A stretch of DNA of 64,000 nt from the NCBI GenBank assembly GCA_017499595.2, contig CM039002.1, positions 248,001 to 312,000 of the forward strand, written 5' to 3'. Below the pieces are notes generated by a model. It saw only the letters and a list, made by a program, of their open reading frames with translations. It searched no databases and was not told the origin of the DNA. Both the position numbers and the translations under genes were made by a program. Positions 36,043-50,000 of this stretch are shown one piece after another. The DNA is from Psilocybe cubensis (lineage: Eukaryota). Every line of letters begins with the position of its first letter. Within the stretch, counting starts at the first letter, position 1.

Positions 36043-37375
36043 TCAGAGATGACGGAACTGCCTAGAAAGTGTTTGAAGCGCTTTTGGCTGCCGTTTCTCT
36101 TCTTCCGGATTTCTGGGCTCTAACATCCCTCCGAAATCTCCACTTTCTTGCTTGACCGTGCTCTCCGCGTCGCTACCTCTCGTCATTGACTATGGATTGG
36201 AAACCTTCCTCCCACAAACCTAGAAATTTCCATCAAACGACGATGGCCCCTTTCCATGTACGAGATACTGAGCTTTGCGATACATAAAGACTTTGTCAAT
36301 TGTACGCAAATCTCGGCAAAGTTTTAATTTGTCGTCTTGATCGAGCTTGATGTACTTCCCAGCCAGTCTGCGGAGGACGATGAATCGTAATGTTGTTATC
36401 TGATGCAGGTGTTTTGGACTCACCCCAACACAGCGTGTACGTCAAGAGGAAAAGATAGCGGGGGGAGTGGTGCAGGGATCACAGCGTGTGGAGGAGGGTT
36501 TCCCCGTGCAGTATCAAAAGCGTCGGGAGTTATCTCAATCCCGACGTTAATGAGCTCCCTGTTGTACCCGAAATCCACCATCACTATTGGGTTGGTGCTT
36601 CGGCCGTGGGCGTCTGCCTCCTTTCTGGCCTCTTTGAAGGACCGAACCATCATGGCGTGTTCCTGATCGCGGATACTCGAAAAGCCGGTGAGAGGTATAT
36701 AACTTACAGGCTCGTTGCTGATTCCTACGGTGAGATATCCAGGGATTTTTTCCTTGCCCATCGCGTCGATTTTGCCTGAATAGATGCCCATTTCGTGTTC
36801 CTGGGAGGTCGGGTGCATGTGTAAATGGACGATGATGGATGGGAAACGATCTGCAGGAGGCAAGTATGAAGGTGATAAGAGGCCGAGTTTCAGTATGAGT
36901 GCAACCCTCAGATAGTGGAGAAGGAACGGTTCAGAATAAAAGTGCCGAGCGAGTTCCTCCAGGTCAAGCACCGACTGCAAGGTTCGACAATTTTCTTTGT
37001 GTATGGGCCTGGATTGAATGAATAAGGTATAGTCGGAGAGAAGAGAAGCGTACCAAAGGGATCGTTGGCACTAATAAAAAAGCAAAACTCAAGTAAACAT
37101 ATCGCCTTTAACCCCAGAAGAACATGCTGACCTCCTTCGAGCAGAATCCGACGGACCAGCACTACTTCAAGGATGAAGTTAACGAGTACGTGAGTCCAAC
37201 CTCGAAAACATACCCCTTGGCATCTTTTAACTTCAATCCCTTTCTCCCCATTTCGCTTTTTGCAGGTCTCACATGTGAGCACGGGCAACTTTCGAACGTG
37301 CTTCCTGTAGCTGGAGTCACTGAGAATGTGAACGCCCTCAATAGGTGTGTACTCCGTGTCGATGAGGTTTTCCAT
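36043..37375 (-). CDS. MYND-type zinc-finger protein, copy 1; 3' exon boundary uncertain
   Basis: CETC...VKRCQG / CWSVGFCSKE / AWPIHKENC across introns; near-identical to 47127-48444. Confidence 0.6.
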
Positions 37376-38345
37376 CTCTCCAAAACTCTGTCTCGAGCTG
37401 GGTGACGTGAATGAAACTGGCAAAGGTGCGATCTCTTGGATCCATGTTTTTGTTCGGCACTGATCACGATCCCGGCAAAACAGAAAACGATAACGTGATT
37501 CAATGGCTGACGCGTAAAGCCCCTAACTTTCTCTTTGAAAGGTCACTCATTTGATATTTTAGCCACAAACAAATTACTTCTAGACGTTATTTAGCAGCAA
37601 CTTCTCCACATCTCTGAATCCGTATTTCAGAGCAACTAATCCCAAAGTTGGCGAGAAGTTCTGCGCTAACAACCATCTGATAGTGAGTGTTACGCTTGGA
37701 TTTGAAGCTAACCAGTGGATTAACTAGCCCCGAGTCTTTTGTACTGTGAATTACGCGTCGTTCTAAAAAATCGAATCCACAGTTAGTGCTTGTAGGAAAA
37801 CGTTAGGCGGAATTCAAGCTGTCTTTGAATGTTCTAAGGTATTCTATTTTTATGCTCCCGGCTAAACTATGTATATCTCATTCGGTCACTGTAGCTAATC
37901 TGTTCCAAAGCCCTCAAATTGATGTCGAAGCAGGTAAGCGGCTGATGTAACGAAGATGCGAATAACAATAAGTGATCATAGCTCCTTAACAGTCTGTTGT
38001 ACACTGAACACATTCTATACAAATTGCCAGTAAGTATTGCAGTTACAATGAAATATTACAACTCGGGAACATCCCCTTGTAACATCGACTCGTGTTGCAT
38101 TGTTATTGGTCTTGCATTGGAATCCCATCTGCCTCGATAATCGTCACATCTTCAGACCAACGGTCGATCTTTGCTAGCCGGATTCTAGACATCTATCAAG
38201 CTTCGATGTCAGTTGTGCAATGGTCTTAACATTATTGTCAAATTAGCCTCGGGATAGATGCTGATATGTGATCTCCTAGAACGTGTGGCATTTCGACATA
38301 AATATACGCTGATATTGATACAGGTAAAAGTTCCTCAACGTCTCA

Positions 38346-39328
38346 ATGGACACCAATACTGTCCCGCACATTTCTCGGACTGGCTTTGCAGAAGCTGACG
38401 ACTTTCAGGTGGAAGAGAGACCACTTGACATACGGAGCGCATTCCATGCGACAGTCTTCTTTGTACTCGTCAGCCCGTTGTGTTTTAATTGTTTCGCATA
38501 CCGCACAATCTTGCTTGTTCTGTCGGGATGCCTTGCTTTTCCATCAGCAATCCGTCTGCGATATACACGATTCATGAGGAACGACATCATCAGTGACCTT
38601 CGCCCCCAAATTGGTGCAGCGATGAGTCTTTTTGCCTCAGGAACTGGATTAATCCTCGAGGTATGTCATGTGTCAAAGACTCCGCCTATGTGCACCTTTT
38701 ACTCACCGTTGACGCTAGGCACATCATCCTAGCATCAGCATTGCAGTATGAGTTCTTTTCTCCTTGAGTAACACAACGTAGTGAGCTAAATTACCCTCAG
38801 GTTCAAACACACTCAGAGTTTTATAGTCGGCCGTTGACCCGTCTTCTGAAAACATTTTTATTTGCTGAGATGATGTTCAATGGAACGTCCGAGGAAAGGG
38901 AACAAACGGCAAGTTGGCTTGCCTGGACGCATCGTAATATCCATGGGCGCATCACGAGCAAGGCAAGGGAGGAACTGAGATTGCCTGAAGATTTTAAATC
39001 GTATGGATACACTGATGACTTGAAGGCTTGGGTCATGCATTTATTGCCTTCCAAATGCGCTACGGCCAACCGTGAGTGATTTGTTACAGTCATGACCTAT
39101 CTCTAGGGACTGATGAGGACTTTCAGACTTTCCAAACGCGCGAAATTCTTGAAAACACTTGTGTGGCACTGCGTCTCGGTGTTCCTGATCACCTATTGGA
39201 ATCATTCATGGCCATGTTTAACCGTCAACTCGACTTGCTCGACCACGGACACTCCGCTTCTCAGAAACTTGTTGAAGAGATAGAGAATGCAGCCACAACA
39301 TCCAATATATACTATTTAGGCTTGGACT
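38346..39328 (+). pseudogene. Oxygenase/cis-prenyltransferase fusion, copy B: 3'-truncated, with internal deletions
   Basis: Almost identical to the 49177 copy but has four ~10-16-nt deletions (near 39041, 39146, 39198, 39307) and breaks off at 39328. Confidence 0.85.
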
Positions 39329-39399
39329 CGCCTCTGGAATATCACACAGCGGGTCCTTCCGTCGCTACTCTGCCATTCCTCAACACCCTTCAACACTTA

Positions 39400-41700
39400 C
39401 CCGTCGCCATTGTACTCGACACCACTCATCCATCGCTACTCCGCATGCCAACACCACAACGTCTGTGCGTGCAGAACACCGTCGCCATGTCTGGGATCGC
39501 GCCTCTCCTCACCGCCTCATCAACACCCTATCTGGCCCTCCAACTTCTCTTTCCAGGTCAAAGCGCCTGTGCGCTATTGATGGATTAGCATCATACCCCA
39601 ACGAAGCACTTACGCGTCGGCCGCATGGCGTAGATCGATTGTCCGCTGTCTGGGGTCAGCTCCAAACAGTTGTAAAAGGCCCCCACACTCACCCGCTCCG
39701 TGTTTTGACATCCTTCAACACTGAACCCACCCGTTCTAGTCAGCTCGACATGCAGCAGCCCTAAAAGTCAGCACATATCGCAAAGAGGAGGTCGTCGATG
39801 TAGAGTTGCGGCGTGCCTTGTCCAGCGATCAGCAACAACAACCTGGATAGAGAAGCATTGCACACACCACAATGGGCAGACCGAACTAAGAGATACGTAC
39901 CCGTCGCCATCGTACTCGACACCACACAACAGTGGGATGCGCTGTCCGGGGTCAGCTCCAAAGGGCTGTAAAAGACCCCCACACACTCACTGTGCGTACC
40001 TCCTCTCTCTTTCAACAGCTTTCAACACTGACCACACCCATCATAGTCAGCTCAATATGGCGCGCAGACCTGTGCTCTGTGACCTGTAGACACCTGGCAG
40101 AGGTCAGGTAGCCCTAGCGCATATCGCAACGAGACGACGGAAAAGAAACCGTCGATGCGGGCAGAGGGGCGTGCTATGGGCAAGGTTTCTGCGCTGTTCA
40201 GGGGCCGTCAGTGGGCTCTTGACACCAATCGTCGGCATCACGTCGCAACAGCTGGCAGAGGTCAGGGACCACACAAACAGTCAGTACGCATTGCATACAG
40301 CGGACCACAGAGCACTTGCATGTTGTCCAATTGTGTGCCGGGCATGGTTTTGCGGCGTTCAAGGGGTCAGTCGTCATCGGCGTCGTGTCCAGATAGCTGG
40401 AAGGGGCGTGGCAGCGCGATGAGGGGCGAGGACGACGTCGATGATGGAGAGGAGGGTGATCTTTAGAGGTGGTTGCTGAGAAGAGGGGCGGGCAGAGACT
40501 GATTGGGCAGGTCGGGCAACAATCAAAGGTCAGCATACAATGCTACCAGCAGACGACCAGAGGGACTTACATGTTCCCTCGTTTGCTCACCAGCTCCTCA
40601 ACATGGCGGGAAAGGTAAGTGCGCTGTTTAGGAGTCACCAAGCGGTTTGCTCACCATGCACCCTCAGCCTCTCGTCTCGTCACCACACTGTCCAAAGGTC
40701 AAACTGGCCTGCTCATCTCGTCAAACGTCGCGTCGCGTTCCAGACACCTAGAAGAGGTCGGGCACCATAAAGGGTCAGCAAGCATCCAGACAGCGGACGA
40801 CTCAACAAGTACTTACACGTCACCTTGTTTGTTCACCAACTCCTCATCATGGCGTATACAAAGAACCTTGCCGGGGAAAGACATGGCGGGAAAGGTAAGT
40901 GCGCTGTTTAGGAGTCAACGAGCGGTTTACTCACCATGCACCGCCAGCCTCTCGTCTCGTTACAGCGCTTCGCGTTCCAGGCAGCTAGGAACACGTTAAT
41001 ATCGTGTCAATGGGAGACACTGCGTAGGAGTCAGCGTGCAGCACAACAAGCCTGGGACACTTACTTGTCATCGCCGTACACTGGCTGGATGAGCACAGGG
41101 CGGGAGATGTCTGGAGAAAGGTAAGTGCGCTGTTCAGAAGTCACCATGCGGTTTGCTCACCATGCACCGCCAGCCTTTTGTCTCGTCACTGTGCTATGGG
41201 TCTCGCGTCGGGTTCCAGACAGCTAGAAAACATTAATACCGTGTCACTAGGAGACAGCGTGCAGGGAGGAGCACTCACTTGTCATCGTTGTATATTGGCT
41301 AGATGAGCAGAGGGCGGGATATGTCAGGAGAAAGGTAAGTGTGCTGTTCAGAAGTCACCATGCGGTTTGCTTACCATGCACCCTCAGCCTCTCGTCTCGT
41401 CACTGCACTGTCCAAAGGTCAAACGTGCTTGCTCATCTCGCCGAACGTTGCGTCGTGTCGCGTTCCAGACACCTAGAAGAGGTCGGGCACCATGAAGGGT
41501 CAGCGCATATCCAGACAGCAGACAAATAGAAAACACTTACACGTCAAGGCCGTGTCGCTGGGAAACACCGTGTAGGAGTCAGCGCGCAGCACAATGAGTG
41601 GAGGACACCAAGAAGCACTTACTTGTCATCGCAGTACACCGGTGGGATGGACGGAGGGCGGGAGATGTCAGGAGAGGAGAGCAGTGGAGAGAACCAGAAG
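39400..41700 (-). repeat. Degenerate tandem repeats (~210-300-bp period) containing splice-site motifs
   Basis: AAAGGTAAGTG(C/T)GCTGTT(T/C)AG(G/A)AGTCA...ACCATGCACC near 40611, 40891, 41117, 41331; GGGGTCAGCTCCAAA...GTAAAAG near 39651 and 39947; recurrent ACTTAC/CTCAC (minus-strand donors). Confidence 0.75.
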
Positions 41701-44700
41701 ATGGGGTTCCAAAGCCAAGTTCGTGTCCCTTTTATACATTTCCACGCCCCCTGTACGTCCATACACAATAATAACATGCCGTTACGACGCGACTCGGACA
41801 TCCACCCACCTCCGTCTGCGCTAGTACGTCGTTACGCGATGCGCCGTCGATTCATATTCATCCAGATCTGTGTCCTCGTAATATTATCTGTGTCTAATAC
41901 ACACTCTTCTGCTCACAGCGGTCTTGTTTACGATGTCTACTCGTGTATCGGGAGGTTAATCTCCGTCTTTCAATTGAAGTTCTCAATTCATATCCCACTC
42001 GCGTTTCGCTGCTTCGCCCGAATGTATTCGCAGTTTAATCAGACTCAATGCATTCGCAATTTAATCAGACTCGCTTAAATTGCCAACTATGTGTGTATTA
42101 TACAAACCCATCGTGATTTCATTCTCAAACTGAATTCAACCCAAACAGCACAATACGAACATCCAGCGAAATGCACATCCCACAACCTTCTTTCAATATG
42201 GAACCAGCAGACTAGTCGTATCCATCTAACGTCACCGCGATCCGAACAGGCCTTCCGTGCCGATGAGCGAGGAAAACGTATCGAAAATACGTTATTTCGA
42301 GAATTCAGGGAGGAGGAGGGGGGGGGTCGTTTAACGCATTTTGCGTTCATTGCATGTGGAGTTTCGACTCGCGCGGGTGTCTACTTGGTGAGACGTGATT
42401 CAATTTTCGGTTTCAATGTGTAGTCAAGGTGTGGATGTGGCCTGTTTCGGTGTTTCTGTGTCGATAGCATTTTCGTGTTTTTGGACATTTTTGCAAAGTC
42501 GAGAGCTGATGACCTTGAAAATTCAGGTTCAAAGAACATTCAACCTCGACTCCTCACTCAGGGGTAGTACTATTCTCAACCAAGAAACCCCCAGACGTAC
42601 ATATTCGCCCCGATTCGCAAGTACAACACGACGGGCACTTGGAACTTTGTCTTCTACTCGCAAAAATTTTTTTTATCAATCATCGATGCTAGTGCTAGTG
42701 CGTTACGTGTTACTACGTTAGCTGACAACAGAGCTAATTGTGTTGCAGGGTCAGAGGGGAAAGAGCCGTTTGGAACGAGGTGGAATGGAGATCTGGGAGA
42801 GGAGGATGATGTCCGCTTGGTTGGGTCTCCAAGTCGGATTGTTGACTTGACTTGAGAGGAGCAGTAGCTGGCGGGTTAGGGGGGTATTCATTGGGTGTAT
42901 TCATGTACATGTATCTATCGTGTTTGTTGTGTATCTAGAGATGCGTGTATTCGGCGCTTAATGACAACTGCTAAAACATTTCCTTCAAAATTTTTCAAGT
43001 GCATGCTCAGGTCACTTTCTTGGCTCATATACCACTTTGCATATCAATACTACATAGTACTGGAACCTCTCGAAGTGTCCATTTCACGTATGTACGTATG
43101 CCAATGCAATCTCTCGTCAAATCCAATCACAACACTCGAGATCCAAAATTTCATGCCACCAACCCACCCAAAGCTCATACCCACATCTCTACACACAGAC
43201 CCTAACGTACTCCGCCCCCCAAACCCGCAAAAAATGCAGAAAACAACGGAAACGGCCTGCAAACACCCGCCACGTACGTATCCTCCTCGAAATGCTACAC
43301 AACAAATTTCATTTCCGTCTGTCTTCTGGACCTCGGGCATAGCCGAGATATTTTGGGCTAGTGCCAAGGAAGCATGGAAACGAGAGAAAGCTGTTGAAAT
43401 GAGCGTAATTGCGGAATTGAGGCTGGAGGCGAGGAGCCGGAGGTTATGGAATTGTCAACTTGAAATATGTCTGGGGGTCGCTTGGGCGATTCTGTGAGAT
43501 GTATAGGGGTAGGTATGAGTGTATTCAGTATGATATAGCAGAGACTGGGGTGTACTAAGCTTGTATGTTGCAGTATCGTGTGTATTGAGCCTCTGGGCGC
43601 TTAGCTTTTGTTGCACGCAATTCCACTGGAACTCTAAATTATTTTTGTTTAAAGCTCTTATCAGGAGCTTCCCCGTCTCTCCAAGTTGTTTTTATGTCGC
43701 TTTCACAGCTCAAACACGTTAAAATATATAGTTTAATGTACTGTACGAAAATCAAAATTGACTGTAAAATTCTAATTCCGTCGCTGTGTACCATCCACAG
43801 GCACATTAAACATAGCTGGCACAGCCCCTACCATTACTAAATCGTACCCAGAACCCCTCAAAATGCGACATATCTACAAAATACGCGTCAAAACCTCTGG
43901 TTTAACGTATGTCCAAAAATCTAATTTAGACGCCACCATACAACTCCGTTGCTCTGGAACATCTACAGACACATTGAACATGACTAATACATCCCCTACA
44001 AATGCAAAAACATACCTAGAAACCCCCCAAATTGCGAAACGGTGCGGAAATGCCTGCCACGTATGTGTAACTCTCCCATCTTGCTGAGCTTCTAAAGTCC
44101 GGACTGTTACGAAATAGAGTCTATTTCTGGAAGCGAGCGTAGAGAAATAGATTGAAACGCGGTCGAAAAGCGAATGGGGGGAGGAGAAGGACGTACGTGG
44201 TGTGGTTGACAAAGCGTGTTGTTCCGAGTAGATCTGTAAGTTATTATTGTTCTAGATTTACTTTGTGCAGATCTATGTGATTCAACGCACCCGGGAATAC
44301 GCGTTGTTTGTTGAATTACACAAGTGGTAATGCACATCTAAAATCGGGTAGATACGATTTCATTATACTTCTTGATGCCAATGACGCGGTCACCTTCCAA
44401 GGAACGTAACATATAGCTGCCAGAACATGGAATTAATCTGTTTGCGGGGAGCGCCTGTACCTGAGCAGCGAGATTCCTAATAGCCAAGTAGAGGATGTAA
44501 AATGCGATTTGATGTTTGTCGGACTTTGAGGGCGAAATGGGATGTCCGACACAATTGTTAGTCGACTTGGATGAATGCTATTTCCTTGAACAAACAGCAT
44601 TAGTTGAGTACAAAGAAAACACAGGCGTTGTACTTACCTATGACGTCGACGACAAGCCTCGGGATTGATTTGAGTTTGCGTTCCAATGACATAAACTAAG

Positions 44701-45459
44701 CCCAAAATGAGATAGGCGAGATTTCATTCCTGTGGGGAGAGTCTCTTCGGACGCGCACTGACCAGGTAACATTTAGACTATGCCAGCAGGAAAGAGCTGA
44801 CGACACTTAAGTTGGGAGTGTAGCACATTCTGTACCGTTGTCGGTGGACATTTTGAATGTCCAGCCTGGGATGCGCAGCGATTAGCGAATACGCACTGTT
44901 TTTCCAGGTCGAGTGCTTCAAGAGCCGCGGAAAATAGGGGACGAGTTACAAGAATAAGATCAAAGCTAGAGGCGTTGCAAAATTGAAATCAATGATCAGT
45001 GCCGGAATAGAAGTCGTTCGGAGAGCAACAGCAAAAAAAAGACGTAATACAGCGGGAAATACAAACGATACAAGTGTGAGCTTACCGCGGGATTTACGAG
45101 GATTTGCAGGCCTTTGGAAAGGGTTAGAGTGGTTTTTTGAGTGCTGAATATACTGTCTGTGAAAGGATAGGAGGGAGGAGAGTGCAGTACTCCTAGAAAA
45201 AAGTTATGGCATGTAGTTACGAACGAAGGTGGAAACTAATGAAATGATGAGGCTAGACTAGCGTGATTGGGTTGATGCGATAGCACATGATCTGAAAAAA
45301 TTGGGGAAGGAAAGAGTATAAAGAGGGCACCAACCTTGAGGTGTTTTCATCCGTCTTGTTTGCACCCATGCTGTCCGTATGGTTGTGTTGCCTACCATTG
45401 TGCTACCCATTTTCCACCATGATACTACCTTGTCCTAACCTCGGGTCTACACTCTGAAT

Positions 45460-46765
45460 CGATTTTTGGACGTCCGCCGACATGGTAAGGTTGTACATTA
45501 GTCTTTGGGATTGTGTGCTGACTAGTTGGACATAGATTTTGCCTCGACGCTATGTATCGAGTTCCGGCGAGCAGGGAGATACTATGGCACTTGGTAAGTC
45601 CTTACATTAGTCTTGGGTATGAGGCGCTAACTGATTGTGTACTGTCTCGTCAAGATTTCGACTTGATTTTTGGAGGTCCGCCGAGCTGTGTTGCAATGTA
45701 AGTTCGTCCATGAGTCTGGGGTGTTGGGTACCAACTAATTAGTCATAGATTTCAATCCGACGCTATTTTTTGAGGCCACTGGACGTGATAAAACTTTATT
45801 TGATTTTTGGACGTCCGGCGAACCTGGCTACATTGTAAGTTCATATATCACTCTTGGGTATGAGCTATTAACTAATTGTGCATGGAGGCTCGGAGAGCTA
45901 GGAGAAGGTTCTGATTCGATTTTTCGAGGTCCAGTGAACTGTAGTGCAATGTAAGTCCATATACTCGTCTTTGGTATTAATTACTAACTCACTTGATACA
46001 GATTTTGACTTGAAACTATGTGTGGAGACCCGGCGAGCTAGAAGAAGTTGTAATTCGATTTTTGGAGGTCCGCCGAGCCGCTCTGTAAGTTGGTTTATGA
46101 GTGTCAGGTACTATGTACTAACTACTGGATACAGATTTGGACGTGACACTATGTATCGAGCCCCCGCGAGTTGGGAAAAGGTTTAATTCGATTTTTGGAA
46201 GTCCGGGGAACCAGGCTACACTGTAAGTTGTTATGTTAGTGTTGGGTATGAACTACTAACTAATTGGCTACAGATTTTAACTCAACGTTATGTATCAAGT
46301 TCCGGCGAGCTGTGTCTCGACGCTTGCAGCTAGCAACAGACAAGACTGGGTCACCGGCTGGACCTATCAAGTTCTGTTGCACAGTGGCCAGACGGTCGTA
46401 TCGAGTGGTGGTGAAGTGGGGTCCATTGACACTACGTATCGCCTTCCGGCGAGCAGGTGAAGGTTGTGACCTGGGCCCATTGCACGTATCGACTTCCGGC
46501 GAGTGGGTGAAATGCATCGAGTTCTGGCGAGTTGGGGCTGAATTTCAACTTGACACTATGTATCGACTTCCGGCGAGCGGGCAAAGGTCGTGACGCCATG
46601 TATTGAATTCCGGCGAGTGGGGCCCATTTCCAACACACTACGTATCGAGTTCTGGCGAGCGAGTGCAGCTCTATCAGTTCCGTCGCACCGGCGCACGACA
46701 CAACATTTCGCACTTGGCGCTACGTGCCCATTTTCGACTTGATGCTATGTATCGACTTCGAGTTT
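45460..46765 (+). repeat. Tandem array of mini-exon + intron units, followed by short TATCGA(G/C)TTCCGGCGAG repeats
   Basis: Seven homologous GTAAG...(C)TAAC/CTGAC...AG segments starting near 45485, 45594, 45698, 45835, 45951, 46086, 46223 (the 45835 copy has lost its AG). Confidence 0.8.
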
Positions 46766-47072
46766 GGATAACTACCAACTATTAAGTTGGTGTTTCTGAT
46801 GCTGCGTAAACTTTGACTGACTTGTTCCACAGATTTTGTCTTGTTTGAAACATGTATATTTCACCTACTACCGTGCAACCTACTAACTCACCTTGTGTCG
46901 GGGGGACCTCACCCCGTCACTTTGTTTCACTGCCCTTCGGGGGAGGGGAAACCCTTGAAGTTTGATACTAGAAGAGGGTTGGACATTTCGGACAAGGTTG
47001 TTTTTTGAAGTTATAAATAGATTTTTACCTTTTTCGGTCTAGTTCAAACACAAGCGCCCGAGTAAGCGAGCA

Positions 47073-50000
47073 ATCCGATGTTTTCAACGTACAAGATATG
47101 GGCGGGGTGTTGGAGACAGCCAATCCTCAGAGATGACGGAACTGCCTAGAAAGTGTTTGAAGCGCTTTTGGCTGCCGTTTCTCTTCTTCCGGATTTCTGG
47201 GCTCTAACATCCCTCCCAAATCTCCACTTTCTTGCTTGACCGTGCTCTCCGCGTCGCTACCTCTCGTCATTGACTATGGATTGGAAACCTTCCTCCCACG
47301 AACCTACAACGATGGCCCCTTTCCATGTACGAGATACTGAGCTTTGCGATACATAAAGACTTTGTCAATTGTACGCAAATCTCGGCAAAGTTTTAATTTG
47401 TCGTCTTGATCGAGCTTGATGTACTTCCCAGCCAGTCTGCAGAGGACGATGAATCGTATTGTTGTTATCTGATGCAGGTGTTTTGGACTCACCCCAACAC
47501 AGCGTGTACGTCAAGAGGAAAAGATAGCGGGGGGAGTGGTGCAGGGATCACAGCGTGTGGAGGAGGATTTCCCCGTGCAGTATCAAAAGCGTCGGGAGTT
47601 ATCTCAATCCCGACGTTAATGAGCTCCCTGTTGTACCCGAAATCCACCATCACTATTGGGTTGGTGCTTCGGCCGTGGGCGTCTGCCTCCTTTCTGGCCT
47701 CTTTGAAGGACCGAACCATCATGGCGTGTTCCTGATCGCGGATGCTCGAAGAGCCGGTGAGAGGTATATAACTTACAGGCTCGTTGCTGATTCCTACGGT
47801 GAGATGTCCAGGGATTTTTTCCTTGCCCAACGCGTCGATTTTGCCTGAATAGATGCCCATTTCGTGTTCCTGGGAGGTCGGGTGCATGTGTAAATGGACG
47901 ATGATGGATGGGAAACGATCTGCAGGGGGCAAGTACGAAGGTGATAAGAGGCCGAGTTTCAAGATGAGTGCAACCCTCAGATAGTGGAGAAGGAACGGTT
48001 CAGAATAAAAGTGCCGAGCGAGTTCCTCCAGGTCAAGCACCGACTGCAAGGTTCGACAATTTTCTTTGTGTATGGGCCTGGATTGAATGAATAAGGTATA
48101 GTCGGAGAGAAGAGAAGCGTACCAAAGGGATCGTTGGCACTAATAAAAAAGCAAAACTCAAGTAAACATATCGCCTTTAACCCCAAAAGAACATGCTGAC
48201 CTCCTTCGAGCAGAATCCGACGGACCAGCACTACTTCAAGGATGAAGTTAACAAGTACGTGAGTCCAACCTCGAAAACATACCCCTTGGCATCTTTTAAC
48301 TTCAACCCCTTTCTCCCCATTTCGCTTTTTGCAGGTCTCACATGTGAGCACGGGCAACTTTCGAACGTGCTTCCTGTAGCTGGAGTCACTGAGAATATGA
48401 ACACCCTCAATAGGTGTGTACTCCGTGTCGAAGAGGTTCGCCATCTCTCCAAAACTCTGTCTCGAGCTGGGTGACGTGAATGAAACTGGCAAAGGTGCGA
48501 TCTCTTGGATCCATGTTTTTGTTCGGCACTGATCACGATCCCGGCAAAACAGAAAACGATAACGTGATTCAATGGCTGACGCGTAAAGCCCCTGACTTTC
48601 TCTTTGAAAGGTCACTCATTTGATATTTTAGCCACAAAAAAATTACTTCTAGATGCTATTTAGCAGCAATTTTTCTACATCTCTGAATCCGTATTTCAGA
48701 GCAACTAATCCTAAAGTTGGCGAGAAGTTTTGCACTAACAACCATCTAATAGTGAGTGTTACGCTTGGATTCGAAGCTAACCAGTGTAACCAGTGGAGTA
48801 AGTACCCCCGACTCTTTTTTATTGTGAAAGACGCGTCGTTCTAAAAAATCGAATCCACACTTAGTGCTTGCATGAAAACGTTAGGCGGAATTCAAGCTGT
48901 CTTTGAATGTGCTAAGGTATTCTATTTTTATGCTCCCGGCTAAACTATGTATATCTCATTCGGTCACTGTAGCTAATCTGTTCCAAAGCCACAGTCGATC
49001 TTTGCTAGCCGGATTCTAGACATCTATCAAGCTTCGATGTCATTTGTGCAATGGTCTTAACATTATTGTCAAATTAGCCTCGGGATAGATGTTGATATGT
49101 GATCTCTTAGAACGTGTGCCATTTCGACATAAATATACGCTGATATCGATGCAGGTAAAAGTTCCTCAACGCCTCAATGGACACCAATACTGTCCCGCAC
49201 ATTTCTCGGACTGGCTTTGCAGAAGCTGACGACTTTCAGGTGGAAGAGAGACCACTTGACATACGGAGCGCATTCCATGCGACAGTCTTCTTTGTACTCG
49301 TCAGCCCGTTGTGTTTTAATTGTTTCGCATACCGCACAATCTTGCTTGTTCTGTCGGGATGCCTTGCTTTTCCATCAGCAATCCGTCTGCGATATACACG
49401 ATTCATGAGGAACGACATCATCAGTGACCTTCGCCCCCAAATTGGTGCAGCTATGAGTCTTTTTGCCTCAGGAACTGCATTAATCCTCGAGGTATGTCAT
49501 GTGTCAAAGACTCCGCCTATGTACACCTTTTATTCACCGTTGACGCTAGGCACATCATCCTAGCATCAGCGTTGCAGTATGAGTCCTTTTCTCCTTGAAT
49601 AACACAACGTAGTGAGCTAAATTACCTTCAGGTTCAAACACACTCAGAGTTTTATAGTCGGCCGTTGACCCGTCTTCTGAAAACATTTTTATTTGCTGAG
49701 ATGATGTTCAATGGAACGTCCGAGGAAAGGGAACAAACGGCAAGTTGGCTTGCCTGGATGCATCGTAATATCCATGGGCGCATCACGATCAAGGCAAGGG
49801 AGGAACTGAGATTGCCTGAAGATTTTAAATCGTATGGATACACTGATGACTTAAAGGCTTGGGTCATGCATTCCCTTACCTATGCAACTATTGCCTTCCA
49901 AATGCGCTACGGCCAACCGTGAGTGATTCGTTACAGTCATGACCTATCTCTAGGGACTGATGAGGACTTTCAGACTTTCCAAACGCGCGAAAGACACAAT

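Larger units (their letters stand above)
35976..39328. repeat. Segmental duplication, copy 1 (matches 47073-50213)
   Basis: Near-identical sequence from ATCCGATGTTTTCAACGTACAAG to TATTTAGGCTTGGACT; ORF translations almost identical. Confidence 0.92.
39329..47072. mobile_element. 7.7-kb repeat-rich inserted block of unknown class, probably a TE relic
   Basis: Lies exactly between the two duplication copies; contains several internal tandem repeat families; no recognisable transposase, TIRs or LTRs. Confidence 0.45.

Noticed and set aside
42895-44340. 100-200-aa ORFs in the middle of the inserted block
   Set aside because: Low-complexity, non-protein-like translations; region shows loose internal repeats typical of TE noncoding DNA.
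45460-46765. Possible CRISPR-like repeat-spacer array
   Set aside because: Eukaryotic context; repeats are degenerate, the 'spacers' are homologous introns, and there are no cas genes.
39329-47072. Helitron or TIR transposon assignment for the inserted block
   Set aside because: No matching TIRs, no convincing terminal hairpin plus CTRR at the junction, and no Rep/helicase or transposase motifs.
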